Source of the DNA: Eledone cirrhosa
Lineage: Eukaryota
Direction of reading: 5' to 3'
Length of the DNA: 64,000 bases
Assembly: GCA_964016885.1 (NCBI GenBank)
Contig: OZ024766.1
Location: 1,488,001-1,552,000 of the forward strand
A program made the translations under genes and the position numbers. Below the pieces are notes generated by a model that saw only the letters and a program-made list of their open reading frames with translations, was not told the origin of the DNA and made no database searches. Positions 1 through 64,000 of this stretch are shown here, piece by piece; position 1 is the stretch's first letter; the number at the start of each line of letters is the position of its first letter.

Positions 1-307
1 TATACATATATATATATATGTATATACATATTTATATATGTATATATACATATATATATATAGGCATATATATATGTATACATACACACACACATATATA
101 TTGCATACACACATACATGCATATGTGTGTGTATGTGTATATATATGCAAGTACATGTAAGAAATTCTAATCAAAGGTTAAATTAATGAGTAACTACAAA
201 TACAATCTTTACTAATGATGCTAATTAAGGCCGTCAATAATTAACAAGTTTAACGAGGATATCGTTATTGAAACGACATAATAAACAACATTCCTTAATT
301 ATTTTAA

Positions 308-1434
308 TAATTATTGGGTCAAGTATGAAATTTGTAGATATTGTTTTTTTCTACAAATTTCATACTTGACTTCCCAATATGAAATTTGTAGATATTGGTT
401 GTTTTTCAACATATTTCTACAAATTTCATACTTGACTGTCAAGTATGAAATTTGTAGGTATTGGTTTTTCTACAAATTTCATACTTGACTGTCAAGCATG
501 AAATTTGTAGGTATTGGTTTTTCTACAAATTTCATACTTGACTGTCAGGCATGAAATTTGTAGGTATTGGTTTTTCTACAAATTTCATACTTGACTGTCA
601 AGTATGAAATTTGTAGGTATTGGTTTTTCTACAAATTTCATACTTGACTGTCAAGCATGAAATTTGTAGGTATTGGTTTTTCTACAAATTTCATACTTGA
701 CTGTCAAGTATGAAATTTGTAGGTATTGGTTTTTCTACAAATTTCATACTTGACTGTCAAGCATGAAATTTGTAGGTATTGGTTTTTCTACAAATTTCAT
801 ACTTGACAGTCAAGTATGAAATTTGTAGGTATTGGTTTTTCTACAAATTTCATACTTGACTGTCAAGCATGAAATTTGTAGGTATTGGTTTTTCTACAAA
901 TTTCATACTTGACAGTCAAGTATGAAATTTGTAGGTATTGGCTTTTCTACAAATTTCATACTTGACTGTCAAGCATGAAATTTGTAGGTATTGGTTTTTC
1001 TACAAATTTCATACTTGACAGTCAAGTATGAAATTTGTAGGTATTGGCTTTTCTACAAATTTCATACTTGACTGTCAAGCATGAAATTTGTAGGTATTGG
1101 TTTTTCTACAAATTTCATACTTGACAGTCAAGTATGAAATTTGTAGGTATTTTCTTTTTTCTACAAATTTCATACTTGACCTAATAATTGAAATTTGTAG
1201 ATATTTTTTTTTTTTACAATTTTCATACTTGACTTCCCAGTATGAAATTTGTAGATATTGGTTGTTTTTCAACATATTCCTACAAATTTCATACTTGACT
1301 GTCAAGCATAATATTTGTAGATATTTTTTTTTTTCTACAATTTCCATACTTGACTTCCCAGTATGAAATTTGTAGATATTGGTTTCTTTTTCTATAAATC
1401 TTTACAAATTTCATACTTGACGACCCGATAATTA
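308..1434. repeat. array of 53-bp palindromic units with terminal inverted repeats (foldback/MITE-like)
   Basis: Unit GTCAAGTATGAAATTTGTAG-gtattggttttt-CTACAAATTTCATACTTGAC, ~20 copies; ends TAATTATTGGGTC / GACCCGATAATTA. Confidence 0.85.
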
Positions 1435-1449
1435 ATGGTTTTTTTTTAT

Positions 1450-1670
1450 ATAGGCACAAGGCCAGTAATTTGGGGGGGGGGGGGGGGATGGGGAAGTCGA
1501 TTGAATCGACCCCCAGTACATTGCTGGTACTTTATTTTATCGACCCTGTAAGGATGAAAGGCAAAGTTAACCTCGGTGGGATTTGAACTCAGATCGTAAA
1601 GGGACGTAACTCTATGCTGCAAAGCATGGTGTCTGACTCTCCACCGATACTGCCAATCCACGACCCGATA
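1450..1670 (-). mobile_element. tRNA-derived SINE family A (also 11184-11365 +, 13820-13930, 25250-25560, 27630-27790, 30320-30510, 33220-33535, 42830-43290, 47310-47495, 47700-47885, 50685-51010, 63750-64000 +)
   Basis: B-box GAGTTCAAATCC followed by TTTGCCTTTCATCCT..GGGGTCGATAAAATAAAGTACCAG; more than 12 dispersed copies, some with tandemised tails. Confidence 0.85.
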
Positions 1671-2149
1671 AAAATGCCGTAAATGAGGGGCAAAGGGAGG
1701 AAAGCACAAGGAAGGACTGAGGGTGACAGACTCTACACCGAAGTCAGAGGGGTGTTTAGGCTGCACCCAGCAGAAAAAGCTACAAAGGTATTATTTCTGC
1801 AAACAGTGGCCATCATCACCCACTGCATCAGCCACACCACCTCGCGAAACTCCTTCCTCAAGCAGGCTGCTGATGTCTTGAGTTTTACCGATGAGCTTGG
1901 CAGTATTGGGCCCGAGGAAGTCAAAGGTCTGAGGTTGACCAGTGTGGGAGGAAGTGGCTGGATAAGGCCCGATATTTGCTTGTCTTTCATTAGAAATATG
2001 GCAACAAAAGAGTTAAAATGTTTTATCTAAAAATGTATGTATATATATATATATATAGTAATAATAAATGTGAAGACTAAAATCCGAAGAGGGCTCAATA
2101 AGGATTATAAATATAAAGTTATGTTGGTACCACAACATCCAGAGTCCAA

Positions 2150-2740
2150 ACTAATGAGGTCATGTTGGTGTCACGACAGAAAGCACCCAGTCCACACTGT
2201 AAAGTGGTCATGTAGGTGTCACGACAGAAAGCACCCAGTCCACACTGTAAAGTGGTCATGTAGGTGTCACAACAAAAAACACCCAGTACACACTGTAAAG
2301 TGGTCATGTAGGTGTCACAACAAAAAACACCCAGTACACACTGTAAAGTGGTCATGTAGGTGTTATGACAAACAACACCCAGTCCACTCTGTAAAGTGGT
2401 CATGTAGGTGTCACAACAAAAGACCCAGTCCACCCTGTAAAGTGATCATGTAGGTGTCACAACAAAAGGTACCCAGTCCACACTGTAAAGTGGTCATGTA
2501 GGTGTCACAACAAACAACACCCAGCCCACACTGTAAAGTAGTCATGTAGGTGTCACAACAAACAACACCCAGTCCACACTGTAAATGTGGTTGGTGTTAG
2601 GAAGGGCATCCAGCTGTAGAAAACCTGCCAGATAGTCCTATATGAGCAAGACATGGTCACCCGATCAATCTTGCCTGAAGTGGGACAACTCCCGTCTAAC
2701 CCATGCTATCGTGGAAGATAGACGTTAAACAATGATGATA
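2150..2740 (+). repeat. 48-bp minisatellite (~9 copies) expanded from a SINE/LINE 3' tail
   Basis: CACCCAGTCCACACTGTAAAGTGGTCATGTAGGTGTCACAACAAA units running into TTGGTGTTAGGAAGGGCATCCAGCTGTAG...(GAT)n. Confidence 0.85.
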
Positions 2741-2799
2741 TATATATATAAAATCCCTTAGAGCAAATATTTATTATGAGAACATTAAAATTTAAGGGG

Positions 2800-2842
<43 letters not shown>

Positions 2843-3116
2843 GCTGCTTAAATGTGTATATATGGTGTGTATACAGTGTATATATGGTGCGGTGTGATGT
2901 CACTGGTGCCAAGCTGTATCAGACATTGCCTTTCCCTTGGACAACACTATAGTGTATATATTGTGTGTGTATGTATAGATATATATATATATATACACAC
3001 ATGCAGATATATATGTGTCTGTCTGCTGTCTCACTCAATAGATATGTATATATAAAAATGTGTAAAAAAAATTGTCATATATATATATGAACGTGTATGC
3101 ACACATATAAATATAA

Positions 3117-3175
<59 letters not shown>

Positions 3176-3282
3176 AAAGTATATTATTTGGGAGTACTAA
3201 CCTTAGCAGCATCTTATATATATATATATATATACACACACATTCACATACAGAAACACACACATGTATATATATATACAGG

Positions 3283-3343
<61 letters not shown>

Positions 3344-3555
3344 GTTAACGACATATCAATTGTTAATACTTTAAATAAACCCTATTGTACAGCCGACCAA
3401 GTTATTCTTCACTTTCACACACGCACACATATATATATACATACACACACATATATATATATATATACACACACACATATATATATATATACACACACAC
3501 ATATACACACATATATATACACATATATACATATATATACACACATATATACATA

Positions 3556-3587
<32 letters not shown>

Positions 3588-3698
3588 CATACACACACAT
3601 ACATATATACACACACACATAAATATACACACACACATAAATATACACATACACATAAATATATAAATAGAAACAGAGACACATACATACATACATAT

Positions 3699-3733
<35 letters not shown>

Positions 3734-3826
3734 TATATATATATACATACACACATATATATATATTCAAACATATATCTCCACATCTCCACAAACCAAC
3801 GTATTATGGTATTTAGGGGTACTCAC

Positions 3827-63632
<59,806 letters not shown>

Positions 63633-64000
63633 CTGTAGAAATAAAACAAGTAACACATACATGTACAATTCTTGACAAGACACACGCACACGACTATTAA
63701 CCCTTTAGTTACCAACCAAGGAACATCAAATGCAAGTCTGCCTATGTCTATAAAATAAAGTACCAGTAATACACTGGGATAATTGCTGGACTTGTGCCAA
63801 AATTAGAAACAATTATAACGGGGTTGATAAAATAAAGTACCAGTAATACACTGGGGTAATTGCTGGCCTTGTACCAACAATAGAAACAATTATTACAGGG
63901 TCGATAAAATAAAGTACCAGTAATACACTGGGGTAATTGCTGGCCTTGTACCAAAAATAGAAACAATTATTACAGGGTCGATAAAATAAAGTACCAGTAA

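Noticed and set aside
308-1434. CRISPR-like array of palindromic repeats
   Set aside because: The spacers are near-identical 12-nt sequences, there are no cas genes, and the context is a eukaryotic intron.
3202-3212. 11-nt microexon ATGCTGCTAAG|gttagt
   Set aside because: The acceptor is embedded in (TA)n without a pyrimidine tract and the exon is frame-shifting on its own; mentioned only as speculation.

Overview
Eukaryotic, AT- and microsatellite-rich genomic DNA, most likely an octopus or other coleoid cephalopod (inferred from the repeat landscape, not proven). The whole window lies inside one minus-strand talin gene. I traced 40 GT-AG exons (63632 down to 3827, about 6011 nt or ~2000 codons) with mutually consistent splice phases, covering FERM F1-F3, the linker and rod domains R1-R11; both gene ends lie outside the window. 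The introns hold tRNA-derived SINEs, RTE-LINE fragments, Helitron- and hAT-like elements, minisatellites, a retroposed 5S rRNA copy and a 200-N gap. Three things stand out. (1) Several type I hammerhead-ribozyme motifs sit in short, often palindromic, (TA)n-embedded elements resembling Penelope-like or retrozyme termini, some on the talin pre-mRNA strand. (2) Tandem repeats repeatedly copy real talin splice junctions, giving arrays of in-frame or PTC-producing alternative splice sites. (3) Frame-preserving microexon candidates fall at positions equivalent to the KANK-binding (R7) and LD-motif-binding (R8) surfaces. Nearly all ORF-track entries outside the exons are microsatellite artefacts.
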